DNA of 63,924 bases, filler included, from Pirum gemmata (lineage: Eukaryota), in the NCBI GenBank assembly GCA_002812295.1. It is 23 parts of 23 records of this genome, joined end to end, with 100 filler letters (N's around TTAATTAATTAA, not from the genome) between each part and the next. Parts side by side here need not be neighbours in the genome. Positions count along the whole stretch, not along the records: positions 37,546 to 40,108 come from PDIN01005582.1; positions 40,209 to 42,800 come from PDIN01005583.1; positions 42,901 to 45,460 come from PDIN01005584.1; positions 45,561 to 48,151 come from PDIN01005585.1; positions 48,252 to 50,828 come from PDIN01005586.1; positions 50,929 to 53,464 come from PDIN01005587.1; 17 more parts are not named here. One strand, 5' to 3'. Under the pieces are notes generated by a model. It made no database searches. It worked only from the letters and a program-made list of their open reading frames with translations, and was not told where the DNA came from. Positions 38,839 through 51,337 of this stretch are shown one piece after another (positions within the stretch are counted from its first letter, which is position 1; each line of letters begins with the position of its first letter). A program made the position numbers and the translations under genes.

Positions 38839-40009
38839 TATAGGCCCGAGAAGTATGATAATATTATTATTATCAGATACAAGTCTACTAGCTAGCTAGT
38901 AGCTAGACTACACTACTACAGCAGTTACTACAGCTGAATATTTATTTGGCTATTTTTAATATATAAATTGATACTTTTAAATAAATAAATATATAATAAA
39001 ATATACCAAATTAAACGCAATGGATTTTTATTGTATTAATTTGGTACTAAATACACTAGCTAGCTAGCTACGTTAGAAAAGAGGGTTAGAAAAATGTAAA
39101 CATAACCAACACCGATCGAATCCAACTTAAGCTCGAGTTTGTGATTAATATGCGCATTTTAATAATTCGGATATCAATAACATTAAATTATAACTTTATA
39201 TATTTATAACAAAGTATACCATATTATGATATATATAGTAATACCCGCTTTTTCGTTAAATATTTTGATTGGATTTTTTTTTTGTTGATTAGAATTTCGG
39301 ATCGAATAATTTGTAGTTAATAGTTATTCTGAATGATTTATGATGTAAAAAAAGAAAAGATAAAAATTATGATTTTATTTTATTATTATTGATTATTTTT
39401 CGCACATTTATGATTTTATTCTATAATACTACGTAACGCCAACTTCGGTCAAATACAGCTTCAAATACCCCTACCTACCCACCCCTCGACGTTAATTTCC
39501 GTTCAAATACCACCTACCTACCTACCCCTTGACGTGATACTGGGTTCTTCCTTTCTTCCATTTTGTCACCCTGAATATTTTTTTGGTAGGTTATACCCTT
39601 TAAATTGATATTTTTAAACGAATAAATACATATTAAAATATACCAAATTAAATTAAATGGATTTATATTGTATTAATTTGGTACTCTTTATTGCATACTT
39701 TATGATGACAAAACAACTGAAAAGCACTACCAGTAGACTAGCTAGACCTACAATAATGATATTTATCAGCTAATAAAATACTAATAAAATCATAATTATT
39801 TTTTAGAAAAAAAAACACAATCATACATAATTTTAAAAAAAAAAAAATGATTATTATTATTAATATATATGATAGCAATAAAAAATAATTTTCTTTTCTT
39901 TCCTTTTATTTGTTATATATTTGTTATTAAAAATATTTTATTGTTTATTTGTTTTGCTTTATTATTTTATTTTAACGTTTTATTTCTTTTTTTTATTTAT
40001 TTAAATACA

Positions 40010-40072
40010 ATGAGTGGCATTTTTAAATCTGTGAAGATCCCTAATTATCAAATTAAAGAAGGCAGTTTTGTT
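40010..40072 (+). CDS. First coding exon, possibly the start of a PX-domain protein
   Basis: ATG...MSGIFKSVKIPNYQIKEGSFV, then a GTTAGT donor. The pattern V-x-I-P-x-Y...F-V resembles the first PX strands. Very short. Confidence 0.45.
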
Positions 40073-40076
40073 GTTA

Positions 40077-40108
<32 letters not shown>

Positions 40109-40489
40109 NNNNNNNNNNNNNNNNNNNNNNNNNNNNNNNNNNNNNNNNNNNNTTAATTAATTAANNNNNNNNNNNNNNNNNNNNNNNNNNNNNNNNNNNN
40201 NNNNNNNNTCTTTTTATTTTTGTTTCTATTATTATTATTATTATTATTTTGATTATTATCATTATTAGTAATGTTATTTATCTTATTAATGTTATTATTT
40301 TTATTATTATCATTTTTATCATTATTAGTGTGAGTATTATTAGTATTAATATTATTATTATTGCTCTTATTATTATTGCTTTTATTGTTAGTATTGTTAT
40401 TATTGTTATTTATGTTATTAATGTTATTGTTATTATTGTTTTTATTATAGCTATTGTTATTATTATTGTTACTATTATTATTGTTATTA

Positions 40490-41004
40490 GTATTGTGAGT
40501 TGTTTCATTGAATATTGTTTGTAAGTGGGTGGCAAAAATGTCGGTTATTTGTTGTGGTTGAGTAATAAGTATGTCATTGTGTTTGAGTGTATAATTGGTG
40601 ATTGCTGTTGTGGTTATGTTTTGTAGTTGGTTGATTTTCTGCCATAATGCTGCATCGGAAGGCTGTAATAGGTTTAGTTGATGACATTTGTAATTCCATT
40701 GAGCTTGTTTATATGCCTTTATTTCCTTTTGGACTTGTCGTTGATATTGCTTGAAGAGTTTTCTGTCGTCTGGGTGTCTAGTTTGCTGGTGTTTTTTCCG
40801 TAGTTTTCTTGTGGTTTTGATTAAGTTTAGTATGTGCTTGGGTAGAATGTACATTTGATGATTAGTTGTCTTTTTTGTTGTTGTGGTTGTTGCACTTGTG
40901 AGTGCTGTTTGTATTGTGGTTGTCAGATGCTGTGTTGCTGCATGGAGTTCGTTTGTTGAAGTGATGTGGTTGATTGGTGAGTACTGGAGTAATATTTCAT
41001 GGAA
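40490..41004 (-). mobile_element. Non-LTR retrotransposon (Jockey/I-like) ORF2 fragment, APE-to-RT linker
   Basis: Open frame FHEILL...LTTTIQTALTSA...LPKHILNLIKTTRKLRK...W...LWQKIN...FATHLQTIF, typical of the region before the RT domain. It decays into poly-Asn microsatellite. Confidence 0.82.
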
Positions 41005-41081
41005 TTATACAGCCAGGGCTCGAACACCTGGTCACATGCTTCTACGCAGCATTGCTCTTAACCGAAATGAGCTACTGTACT
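41005..41081 (-). ncRNA. tRNA-like element (SINE head or pseudo-tRNA, GTA at the anticodon position)
   Basis: AGTACAG-TA-GCTC-ATTTCGGTTAA-GAGC-A-ATGCT-GCGTAGA-AGCAT-GTGA-CCAGG(TG)TTCGAGC-CCTGG-CTGTATA. A and B boxes and four stems are present, but C33 and extra T-arm bases make it non-canonical. Confidence 0.78.
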
Positions 41082-41465
41082 TATTGTAATCGGAGTATAT
41101 TTTTAGTTTTGATGGTGTAGTATGATATTAGAGTGTGCTATTGTTAGGTATTGCGTGACTTCGAATCTAATTAGGATAGGGTTGTCATCTATATATATAT
41201 ATTATATAGACTCTTTTTTGGCATTATATATATATTCATATAAATTCATATGTCATAATTTCAACATGAGACCTACCACATTTCATAATAATAAAAATAA
41301 TAAAAATAATTGTTATTATTTATTATTTATTATGAAGTTAGATTGTCGAATTAGGGTTAGTAACTTACTTTTACTATTTTCTTTTTGTTAATTTTATTTT
41401 AAATACGTTAAAACAGAATTAAGTAATGATAATACTAAGATTATCATTATCACTATCAATTAACA

Positions 41466-42503
41466 TTAGTAGTTACAGAATTTGTCAAATTGTTTGCCAT
41501 CCCCAAACTTGAAAAACTTTACAGGAATTCCTGCAACCATAATATTATTATCATCAGCACCATACGGCTTCTTGAAGTCCGAATTGGATTTGAGCAACAA
41601 GGAGAAAAATGATTGATCATGTCTATTCTCTCTAAAGCCTTCATCATTTGGAAACTTACTTGGGGAATCGTTTATAAGACTGAAATTGCTAACACAACGT
41701 GCTAATGTTGAAAAGAATCGACGAGTACCCAAGGTAATTCTAGCAGTAAAAAACCCACCACCTTGAAATTGACCGGAGTTCCAGGCATCACCATCAGGAT
41801 CACGTTGATTAAAATGTTCAAAAATATCCCCTTTTGTCCAATGTTTTTCTATGTAGTCCATATGTTGCGCTGCAAAATCATAGTTACCATTATGAAAAGT
41901 ATTTACGAGTGGAGACCAGAAGCTGAAATTTAATTCATAGTCGGCGTCAGAATAAATTAAAAAGTTGTTATCAGATGTTCCGAGGAAGAAATTTTCATTA
42001 TTTTTGGAATTATGTCTGTCATTTGTGTTGGCATGATCGAGTAAATGTGTAATAATAGCTGATTTCCAAAACCAATACCCCGCTCCTCTTTGAGAAAAAT
42101 GATTATTTAGTTCAGTGCTTAACTTACGTTGCTGTTCGTTGTTTGATTTTGGATTAGTGGTACTTAGTACTGGTCTATTGTAAAACTTTAAATGTTCATT
42201 ATATTTAGGATCCTCAAGAATGAAATCGGGAAATTTAGTATACATTACTACACTTTTTAGTTGTGCAATATTGTTACTTATGATTGATTTCTTCTTATTA
42301 TTCAAAAGCTCAGTAAATGGATCATTGCGTCCGAATCTTGCAATAAGAAATGTAAAGGCAAAATTTTCGGGAGCGATAGTTAAGTTTATAGGCTTGAAGT
42401 TTGTAGGCTTGTGAAAATTCGATCGGTGATATACATAAAAGCTAATAAGAGCACATAACTGCACTATTATAAAAATATGAATATAACGTCTTGACAAATC
42501 CAT
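41466..42503 (-). CDS. Intronless type-II membrane glycosyltransferase-like protein (GT-A fold, DxD)
   Basis: N-terminal TM anchor. Motifs RGAGYWFWK, LIYSDAD, EKHWTKGDIF, QFQGG, DSPS and FRENRHDQSFFSLL. Confidence 0.82.
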   Translation of the reverse strand: MDLSRRYIHIFIIVQLCALISFYVYHRSNFHKPTNFKPINLTIAPENFAFTFLIARFGRNDPFTELLNNKKKSIISNNIAQLKSVVMYTKFPDFILEDPKYNEHLKFYNRPVLSTTNPKSNNEQQRKLSTELNNHFSQRGAGYWFWKSAIITHLLDHANTNDRHNSKNNENFFLGTSDNNFLIYSDADYELNFSFWSPLVNTFHNGNYDFAAQHMDYIEKHWTKGDIFEHFNQRDPDGDAWNSGQFQGGGFFTARITLGTRRFFSTLARCVSNFSLINDSPSKFPNDEGFRENRHDQSFFSLLLKSNSDFKKPYGADDNNIMVAGIPVKFFKFGDGKQFDKFCNY

Positions 42504-42608
42504 TTCAATGATATATTATCAAGATTTTTCTGTTTCTAATCGTTACCCTAATTGTATTATCGATAGATAGTATTTCAAAATAGAAATCTTTTATTGTGGT
42601 TTATATAG

Positions 42609-42645
<37 letters not shown>

Positions 42646-42705
42646 TAATAATAATAATAATAATAAAAATGATAATAGGGATAACAATAATACTAATATT
42701 AATAC

Positions 42706-42736
<31 letters not shown>

Positions 42737-42900
42737 AATAATAACAATAATAATTAATTAATAATAATAATTAATTAATAATAATAATAATTAACAATAA
42801 NNNNNNNNNNNNNNNNNNNNNNNNNNNNNNNNNNNNNNNNNNNNTTAATTAATTAANNNNNNNNNNNNNNNNNNNNNNNNNNNNNNNNNNNNNNNNNNNN

Positions 42901-42934
<34 letters not shown>

Positions 42935-43046
42935 ACCTTAATTAAAACCCATCATAATTACAATAATTACAATTATTATTGTTATTATTATTATTATTAT
43001 TAATATTGCTATTAATATTATTATTATTATTCAATATTAATATTAA

Positions 43047-43082
<36 letters not shown>

Positions 43083-43479
43083 TACTATTAGGTTTACTAT
43101 TACTACTATTATTAATTAATATTATTAGAAGTAATATAATGGTTGTGATATTATAGTAGCTGTTGGTGACACTTTATGTCGATTTTGATTTTGAAGACTG
43201 CTTGCTAGGCCTTCGGTTGTTGGTTTTGTGTAAAATACAGATATTTTTAAATTGGCAATGAATAAGTAATCAAAAATTGCATCTTCAATCATGGTGTTGT
43301 TTGTGTCTGACGTCGGTGATTAATAATCAAAAAAGGAGACAACATGTTAAAACGTTCCAACGATTATTAATCACCGATGACTTACCGTCATGACCCCAAT
43401 ACAAAACAACACAGAACAAATCCTAAAAATTTAATTAGCATACAACAGTTCATACAACTATCACAACATCAACAACAAC

Positions 43480-43960
43480 AAACTAATTTTATAAACTATG
43501 AACTTTTTGATAAAAAACAAAAAACCTTTCTTCACCCAACAATACAACAACACTACAATGAAATTATAATAGAAATATGCCCCGAAACCAAACCACTTTA
43601 ATAGTTGGAATTCGAATCTACAATTGGTCAAACAATACATAATATTATACATGTACATATAGTATCAATAGTATAAAAAATATAAAAGAAAACCTCAAAG
43701 CAATTTTTTTTTAAATGATAACAACCTCGAGCTCAATACAACCTTTGGAACATTCATAGAACAAAAAGAATGGAAAAAATAATCAAAAACAGGAGAATCG
43801 ATACAAAAAAAAACTACCAAAATTTTTAAAAAGTCACATATGGATATACTATTAAACCCAAAGAAAAGTTAGAAAACCAACAAAACAATGGTCAATAGTC
43901 AATACTGTTTCAAAGAATTTCTATGATACCATGGCCAGAATTGAAGTCAAGCTTAATTTT
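43480..43960 (+). pseudogene. Decayed A/C-rich coding-like repeat (probable retroelement relic); second copy at ~49455-49960
   Basis: The two scaffolds share colinear blocks (AATAGAAATATGC, AGAAAACCTCAAA, ACAACCTTTGGAA, AAAAAACTACCAAAA, CAATACTGTT-CAAAGAATTTC) with many stops and indels. Superfamily not identifiable. Confidence 0.55.
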
Positions 43961-44388
43961 TTTGAAAACAGAGTGATGGATGAACACAGGCAAAGTTGCA
44001 ATCCTACATATTAATTAACTACGTGTATCACCCGTGTAGACTATGTTTGTCACCCGTGTAGACAAAAAAAAGTCTACACGGGTGATACTTTAGTTAATAA
44101 CTATATATAATAAAGGGATCCTAGGTGATCATGGCAACTCCAACAATATTCATTAACAACTACTATAACGCTATAGCATTATTTCTACAACAAAAGAACA
44201 ATACAATTGCTAATCATAGACTATATATTATATGATGACAACTGAAAACCGAACGACAATCAACTAAATCAAACCAAAGTATTATGAAACAAATGTTAAA
44301 TCAACAAACTAGCTATAGTCTACAACAGTTCTTATTAACCTACTGCTCCTCCATTTTATAATAAGGAAAACAGGACTTTTTTTTGTTC

Positions 44389-44419
<31 letters not shown>

Positions 44420-44712
44420 GTTATAATTATATAAATGGTTGAAAAAACAAATGGAGTCTTTGATATACCGGTATATGATCCCGTATATCAACAGATGATA
44501 ATATTATGATATATCCAAAACTAAACCAAGGAATTCAAAAAAAAAAAAAAATTCTAGTAAAATTCTTGACTCCGAGTCTTCAAAGTGTCTCCAAGTCTCC
44601 AAAGTGTCTCCAACATAATTCTCCAACTATGATCAGATAAGACACAGTTACTAGCTAGATAATATCATAAATTCATAATTATACTCGAACTAAACTTCTA
44701 GAATACTTCTAG

Positions 44713-44947
44713 AGTAGGGGTGAGATGACGTCATTTTATTATTACCGAACAGCTGCTGGAACTTTTCCGATTTTTATGGTTTTTATTACTATTAATGTTA
44801 ATATTATTACTTTAATTGGNNNNNNNNNNNNNNNNNNNNTACTATTTTAAGCTATTTAACTGCTATTATTAGTAAGGGACACGGAACTAAGGTTGGCTCG
44901 ATAAGCATCTGTTCGAAAAAAGTTCCAGTAGATATCTCACCCCTACT
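44713..44947. mobile_element. Complete MITE family B with 14-bp TIR and 8-bp TSD (hAT-like)
   Basis: AGTAGGGGTGAGAT...ATCTCACCCCTACT, with ACTTCTAG at 44705-44712 and 44948-44955. Confidence 0.9.
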
Positions 44948-45006
44948 ACTTCTAGCTAGCTTATCTGCATTCTTCTGCATCTAAAAATATATATATATTT
45001 TTTAAA

Positions 45007-45248
45007 CAGCCAAACCGGATAAAACTGTAGAAATCATTTTTTTTAGACTTCTTTTCTAAAAAAATTTAATGACAACTAAACTAGCCAATTTTTTTAAAAA
45101 ACTAGCCATTGGTTCATAATAAGAGAGTTTTATTAGTCAGATGATTTCTCAAAATTTGGTAGTACTTTCATTAAAATTGGATCATTTTGAGTTTTTTTGG
45201 ATTTTGAGCTTATATGGCGGTTGTCTCCATTTTTATCCGGTTTGGCAG
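45007..45248. mobile_element. Complete MITE family E
   Basis: TIR GCCAAACCGGATAAAA...TTTTATCCGGTTTGGC with TTAA-containing T-run/A-run flanks. Copies at 20170, 37880, 56320 and 57925. Confidence 0.85.
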
Positions 45249-45716
45249 TTAAAAAAAAAAAAAAAAAAAAAAAATACAAACAAATTCCTTTGTAGTGGCA
45301 ATTGCAACTTGCAAGTATGAAACAGAGCTTTTTTTTTTTTTCATCTTTTTCATATATTTAGTCCCTAGTTCAGTCCTGATAATATTAAAATATATAAAGT
45401 TAGTTAAAGTTCATTGTCATAATATTAGTATATAAGGGATTAATATTTATTTTAAATTTCNNNNNNNNNNNNNNNNNNNNNNNNNNNNNNNNNNNNNNNN
45501 NNNNTTAATTAATTAANNNNNNNNNNNNNNNNNNNNNNNNNNNNNNNNNNNNNNNNNNNNATTATTTATCTATTATTTATTATTATTTATTATTTATTAT
45601 TATTTATTATGATTATTATTATATTATCATTTTTATCACCATCATCATTTATTTATTTTCATTGATCTATGATGTAAAACATTAACCAACTTTCTGTTAT
45701 TGTTGTATTTGGATAG

Positions 45717-46922
45717 GGCACAGAGTGGGACCCCAATGCAGTGTATCTTACCAACTCCGGTGCCAATAAGGATGTCCGATACACAGAAGGAAAGTATGTT
45801 AGAACCAACGCAAATGCAAACGCCTTTGAATCATGGTTAGCCAAAATGTTAGATCATCTTTGTACAATATCTTATGAACAATATAACTACCAAGTACCTG
45901 TAGCTTTCACCAACTGGGTAACAACAGATCAAATTTATGCTCCATTAGAGCCTACTTACAATCACTCCGCACAGGATGGTTCAACAGAAGATTGGCAAAA
46001 AGCAGATGCAAGAAATTTGGAAACTACAGATTTATGGAAGGCTGGGTATTACTTTAACCAGCACGCTTATCCATATTACCCTGATTTTTTGAAATTCAGT
46101 TTGGTCGATCATAATGTTCCAGATTACTTGTTGGAAACAACTGATTATAAAGAAGATTCTTACTTGAATTATTTGGCCCGGGTCAAAAAAGTCAATGAAG
46201 GTACTGGGTTAGCTTTAATTCTATCTGAAGTCGGCTTATCTACATCGTTGGGATTTGCTGCTGACGGACAGGCTGGAAGAAATCACGGGCATTTGAGTGA
46301 AGATGAACAAGCAGTTTTATTAGCCGACTTGATTCGAATGGTCAAAGTCATTGGTTGGGATGGTATTTTAATTTTTCAATTGGTGGATGAATGGTTTAAA
46401 AGAAGTTGGAATACTTTGGATTATGATTGGAAAAGAAGAACTTGGCATAATGCTTTGAACGCTGAACAATTTTTCGGTTTAATAGCAGTGGAACCAACGC
46501 GATCAATTACAGTAGATGGTGAAAGCATTGAAAAGTATAGATCAAATACAAAACACCATGACTATATTCACTTTGGAAATATTGGAGTTGATCATGATGA
46601 AGCTTATCTTTACATTTCCATAGAAAAAGCTGAAGGCACTGGTGATTGGAACGCATCCGATATGTTTGCAGTAGGTTTTGATACAATTCCTGGTTTCGGG
46701 GCAAAGGCAGTAACCCAAGATAACAAATTGTCCAATTTAACAGTTCTAGATGGCCTTGATGTTTTATTTACTGAAAATAATGATTTTATGTTGGTTTTTA
46801 ATGGTTCTGATTTTACTAATAGATATTATTCTAATATCGTTACTGATCCATACTACCACTTTTACTGGCCTTGGGTTATCAATGATAATTGGGGTGTCGA
46901 TGATGCACATTATACTTCAGAC
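45717..46922 (+). CDS. Bacterial-type clan GH-A (TIM-barrel) glycoside hydrolase-like protein, internal exon
   Basis: TAG acceptor ending 45716 and GTAAGT donor at 46923. Motifs GTEWDP, FESWLAKMLD, FTNWVTTD, HAYPYYPDF, LILSEVG, DEWFKRSWNT and EQFFGL. Confidence 0.88.
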
Positions 46923-47059
46923 GTAAGTTTAATTTAACATTTTACTCCTCATTTTTTATGGGATTGTTAATATTTTTACTAATATTTTAGCTTTTTTTTT
47001 CCTTTTCCTAATATTTCGTATAATACTCACACACATATTATAATATATATACATTATAG

Positions 47060-47791
47060 ATGGGATATTTTAAGCAGTACACACAAATCACACAAACACC
47101 ATGGGATATTCCTGGTAATTTCACTGCAATCTGTGCACTTGACCCTCTCGAAGATGGTACTGTGTATCCAGGTATTAAATCAGGGTGTAAAGTAGTTTGT
47201 AACGCTAATGACACTCTGTGCGATCAAGGACCAGGTGAACATTATGATCTTGGTAATCTTATTCGCGGTAGCTCCGATTTTACCAAATCTACTTTTTCCA
47301 GTATGTCAACATGGGAAGTTAAAGGTAATATTATTGAAACAAGAATCCCATGGGCTATGTTAGGCTTTGGTGATCCAAGTACTAAGACGGTAGTTGTGCC
47401 AGAAGGGGATAGTTACAAGCTTGTTGGGGTAAAAACGATTAAAGCGAAAGCGATCCCTGTTCACATTGAAGAAATTAAAATCGAAGTAGTTTATAACCAT
47501 ATGCCGGATTTAGCAGATGATGTTATAAATACAGTTACAACTTATTCTTGGGATAATTGGGAAGAGGTTGTCCGGTACACCGAGCGTAGAAAAGTGGGTT
47601 ATGCTAGATGGTCTGATTTATTTAAGCAGTTAAGATTAGGAACGGACATGAACACTTATACATTCGATGCTGCCAGTGCACCAACATTTTCGAATGCATC
47701 TACTTATAATTACGTTATGAACCCTTACGGTTTGGATTATACTCTATATGGTTGGATTTTCGTTGGTTGTAGTGTTTTCCTAATTGTTATG
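47060..47791 (+). CDS. Next exon of the same GH-like gene, ending in a TM segment
   Basis: Phase-0 splice across the 137-nt intron 46923-47059. IETRIPWAMLGFGDPS and YSWDNWE...ERRK motifs of the same bacterial family. GTATGT donor at 47792. Confidence 0.85.
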
Positions 47792-48680
47792 GTATGTTAT
47801 TTATTATTGTTTATTTATTATTTATTTATTATTTATTTATTATTATTTATTATTTATTATTATTTACTATTATTTATTATTATTTATTAGTAATTGTTGT
47901 TTATTATTATTTATTATTATTTATTGTTGTTTATTATTATTATTTACTATTTATTATTATTTATTATCATTTGTTATTATTATTCATTATTATTTATTAT
48001 TAGTTATTATTTATTATTATTTATTATTATTTATTATTATGTCATTATTATGTCATTATTTATCATTATTTATCATTATTTATCATTATTTATCATTATT
48101 TATCATTATTTATCATTATTTATTAATATTTACTATCATTTACTATCATTTNNNNNNNNNNNNNNNNNNNNNNNNNNNNNNNNNNNNNNNNNNNNTTAAT
48201 TAATTAANNNNNNNNNNNNNNNNNNNNNNNNNNNNNNNNNNNNNNNNNNNNGAATTATGATTATGAGTCAAACATTAATTAATAATTATTATAAATAATA
48301 ATAATACGATATGAATATATAGTTATAATATATATATTATAGACACTTTTATTATAATAAAATATTATTTTACAGTATTATACTATATATAGCTATATAA
48401 TATAATATATTGTTTGTAGGTATGTATTTTATTATGGTATTAATATTAATTATAATATTACTTAGAATAGTACTAGTAGTAGTAGTAGTTATAATATAGT
48501 ATTATTATTTTGCTTTTCAATAGTGTTGTCCAGTTCAAAAACTGAAATAAACGTACCAAATTATTATTATGGTTAAAGTATCAGACATGTTTTAATTAAT
48601 TTGGTATTTTATAATTAGTNNNNNNNNNNNNNNNNNNNNNNNNNNNNNNNNNNNNNNNNNNNNNNNNNNNNNNNNNNNNN

Positions 48681-48843
48681 GTTAGGGTTAGGGTTAGGGT
48701 TAGGGTTAGGGTTATGGTTAGGTTAGGGTTAGGTTTAGGTTTAGGTTTAGGGTTAGGGTTAGGGTTAGGGTTAGGGTTAGGGTTAGGGTTAGGGTTAAGG
48801 TTAGGGTTAGGGTTAGGGACTGTTAGGGTTAGGGTTAGGGTAG
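48681..48843 (+). repeat. (TTAGGG)n tract nested in a family G MITE (48523-48916)
   Basis: MITE left part 48523-48619, N gap, telomeric tract, then MITE right part ~48850-48916. Confidence 0.8.
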
Positions 48844-51337
48844 GTCTCATGTATAAATAAGTTCAATTATACACTTTTAATTAAACAGTACCATACCAAA
48901 TTAAAGATTGAGAGGATGTAATGCAGCAGAGGGCTGTGACTTTTATTTATTTATTTATTTATTTATTAAATTTTATAGTAGTTGTAATAGTATACGTAGT
49001 AACAGTAATAATAGAAGTAGCAATGGTATTAAGATGATGTGGCAAGAACAGGGTGATAAGTTTCAATTATATGTATATAGATAGTGATAGGTTTTAAAGG
49101 TTAAAAAGTTCAAAGTCTAAAATTTCATTTACTCTTAGTCTCGGTATATATAGTTAGAAACGCCAAAAAGGAAGATGCAATGGACTTTGCGATCAAAAAT
49201 GATTATTTGGATGTTGTATATTATAAAATTAATATATATATCTATTATATTGATATTATTATTATAGCATAATAAATCGCAGACTTGGTCTACTCGTTTA
49301 CTAACTACTACTAGCGTTTGCTAAGCCTTTAAAATTAAAAAATAGGTTTGTTAATAGGTTTGTTAATTAACCGGTGGTCTATCAGATAACTATCAGATAG
49401 CTTCTATGATATCATTACAACTAGTAATTACAACCATCAAAATAACAACAGCAATAAATTTAACTACGAATTTTTCGAAATAAAACAAAATGTCTTCATT
49501 AATAATAACCCAATAATACAACAACAGTCAACAACAATATAAAGATACCAGGGTACATGTAAAAAAGAAACAACAAAAACATTAATAGAAATATGCTTAA
49601 GGTCCAAACCACTAGAGTAAATTAGTAATACCTCCAAATAGTTGGAATCTACAAATGATCATGACAAACAGTAGTATAAAAAGCATAGAAGAAAACCTCA
49701 AACCAAAATTTAAAACCTTAATAATGAAAACAACCTAAACAACCTTTGGAATAGAGTAATATAGAACAAAATGAATGGGAAGAGAATATTTTAAAATACA
49801 AAAAAACTACCAAAAATTCTAAAAAGTCATATAGTCTATATGGATACTAACCCAAAGAAAACCAACCAACAAGATAGTGGACGTCGAAGCCCCAACCTTT
49901 TCAATGACAATACTGTTCCAAAGAATTTCCACCAGAAGTCAAACTAAAAATCTTTGAACGTAGATCAGGAACGTAGACAAAGCAAGTAACCAGACTACTA
50001 CTAAGCTAGCTAGCTAGCTACTAGCTAGCTAGAGACAGTTAGAGACCCCAGGACTAGCTAGCTAGTAGTCTAAAAAAAGAAACCCCAAAAACTCCCAAAT
50101 ATGAACATTTGTCTACATTTTGCATTTTTTGTGCAACCTGTGACTCACAGTTGTGAGCATAGTCTGTTTAATATTATATGATAGTATTAGTATGTGCTGA
50201 GTTTTTTTTATCATGTTATGCATCATAATTTTATGTTTTTTAAAAAAAATAATAGACTATTATTGTGAGTTTGTATTTTTAAAAAATTAACAGCACTATC
50301 ATACTGATAATAACTGATCATATGATTCATATCAGATGATAGTGAAACTGTGAAACAGGCTTCAAACAGCTAAGTTACAGCTTTAAAAAAAGTAATACCT
50401 CTATTTTTTTTTTTTTTATAATGCATCTATCCTCGTAATGCATATCATTTACAAAAAAAAAATCATTTTAAAAAATTTATTATTATACTAATAATATTGG
50501 CTAGTAGTAGCCTAGCTAGCTAGTAGCAGCTATGATATGACCAGACTCTCTGACCAGTATCATTTTGATAGTACTTTTTAAAATAGTGAAAGTTTAGAGC
50601 TAAGTTTAGTCTTTGAAGTTTGAACCCTTTGCTCGATTTTGCATTTTTTGATGTTTTTGGAATTTTTTTAGGCTTCTTAACTAATTGGGGACAATTTGGG
50701 ATCTAAACCTCTTCAATTTCTCACCAACTCCGCACACTCTCCGGCGGCTCCGCACCCACTCTCAATTCTGTATGCTCTGTAGAGTCGTGTAGACCTATGA
50801 TAGTCAGAAAGATAATAATAATAATAATNNNNNNNNNNNNNNNNNNNNNNNNNNNNNNNNNNNNNNNNNNNNTTAATTAATTAANNNNNNNNNNNNNNNN
50901 NNNNNNNNNNNNNNNNNNNNNNNNNNNNACCCTAACCCTAACCCTAACCCTAACCTAACCCTGTTTTTAACCAATAAAATATTCTAAAAAATAATAAATA
51001 GCTGTAATAATAGCTTTCCAATTATTTTTGCTCTAAATAGTTAGTTTTGTAACCTTTTTTTAAAAATTGATATTTTTTTAAATGAATGAATAAATACTAA
51101 AATATACTAAATTTTAAATGAAATGGATTTTGTTGTATTAATTTGGTACAAATTACCAAAACAACTGAAAATACTGAAAATATAATGTTATAAACCAGTC
51201 TTTACTGAAATATTTTATTGTCAAAATGAAAATTATTTTTAAAAATACGATAAAAGCAAAAACGAAATAATGAAAAAAAAAAAAAAATAATAAAAAAACT
51301 TTAATTTAATATTATAATTAAAAAAAAACAAATAACT

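Noticed and set aside
45717..47791. Bacterial contamination as the source of the GH-like gene
   Set aside because: It has GT-AG introns and host-type microsatellite flanks.
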